DNA of 62,991 nucleotides, the filler included, from Rhabdomonas costata (lineage: Eukaryota), in the NCBI GenBank assembly GCA_019059605.1. It is 55 parts of 55 records of this genome, joined end to end, with 100 filler letters (N's around TTAATTAATTAA, not from the genome) between each part and the next. Parts side by side here need not be neighbours in the genome. Positions count along the whole stretch, not along the records: positions 61,945 to 62,991 come from JAHMHO010031513.1; 54 more parts are not named here. One strand, written 5' to 3'. Position numbers and translations under genes: made by a program. The notes under the pieces are model-generated. The model saw nothing but the letters and a program-made list of their open reading frames with translations. It searched no databases and was not told where the DNA came from. Positions 62,896 to 62,991 of the stretch are shown one piece after another; within the stretch, counting starts at the first letter, position 1; each line of letters starts with the position of its first letter.

Positions 62896-62991
62896 GTCCT
62901 ATTCCTCCCTCTCCAAACGCGTCTGGCTCCAGCCCACCCTCTGTTTCCACTCTGCACTCTGCACGTAAATCCCCTGTTGCGCAAACCCCCC

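Overview
This is not a continuous locus. It is a concatenation of about 55 unrelated ~1.05 kb contigs joined by 100-nt spacers (N-run + TTAATTAATTAA + N-run), so neighbouring contigs imply no linkage. G/T-only contig starts, C/A-only contig ends and fold-back ends point to a whole-genome-amplified library. Most contigs come from an intron-rich flagellated protist (GT-AG introns, weak donor consensus, possibly GC-AG; a euglenid-like host is an inference). Recognisable gene fragments: class III adenylate cyclase, AlkK/DmdB-like acyl-CoA ligase, PDI, F-box/LRR, LRR+TSP1 surface protein, PstS-like domain, CFAP161-like, mid-SUN protein, mitochondrial carrier, class IV aminotransferase-like, disintegrin-like repeats, XPF and cyclophilin. 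Mobile elements: Ty3/gypsy pieces (with a tRNA-iMet PBS), CRE-like LINEs and a Naiad-like Penelope ORF. The most notable items are (1) an intron-containing IcmF-type B12-dependent acyl-CoA mutase with an apparent mitochondrial presequence, a family described from bacteria; (2) an AT-rich virophage/Polinton-like-virus-like fragment with TCTA promoter motifs abutting GC-rich DNA; and (3) an AT-rich giant-virus-like contig. All family calls rest on motif recognition by eye, not on database searches.
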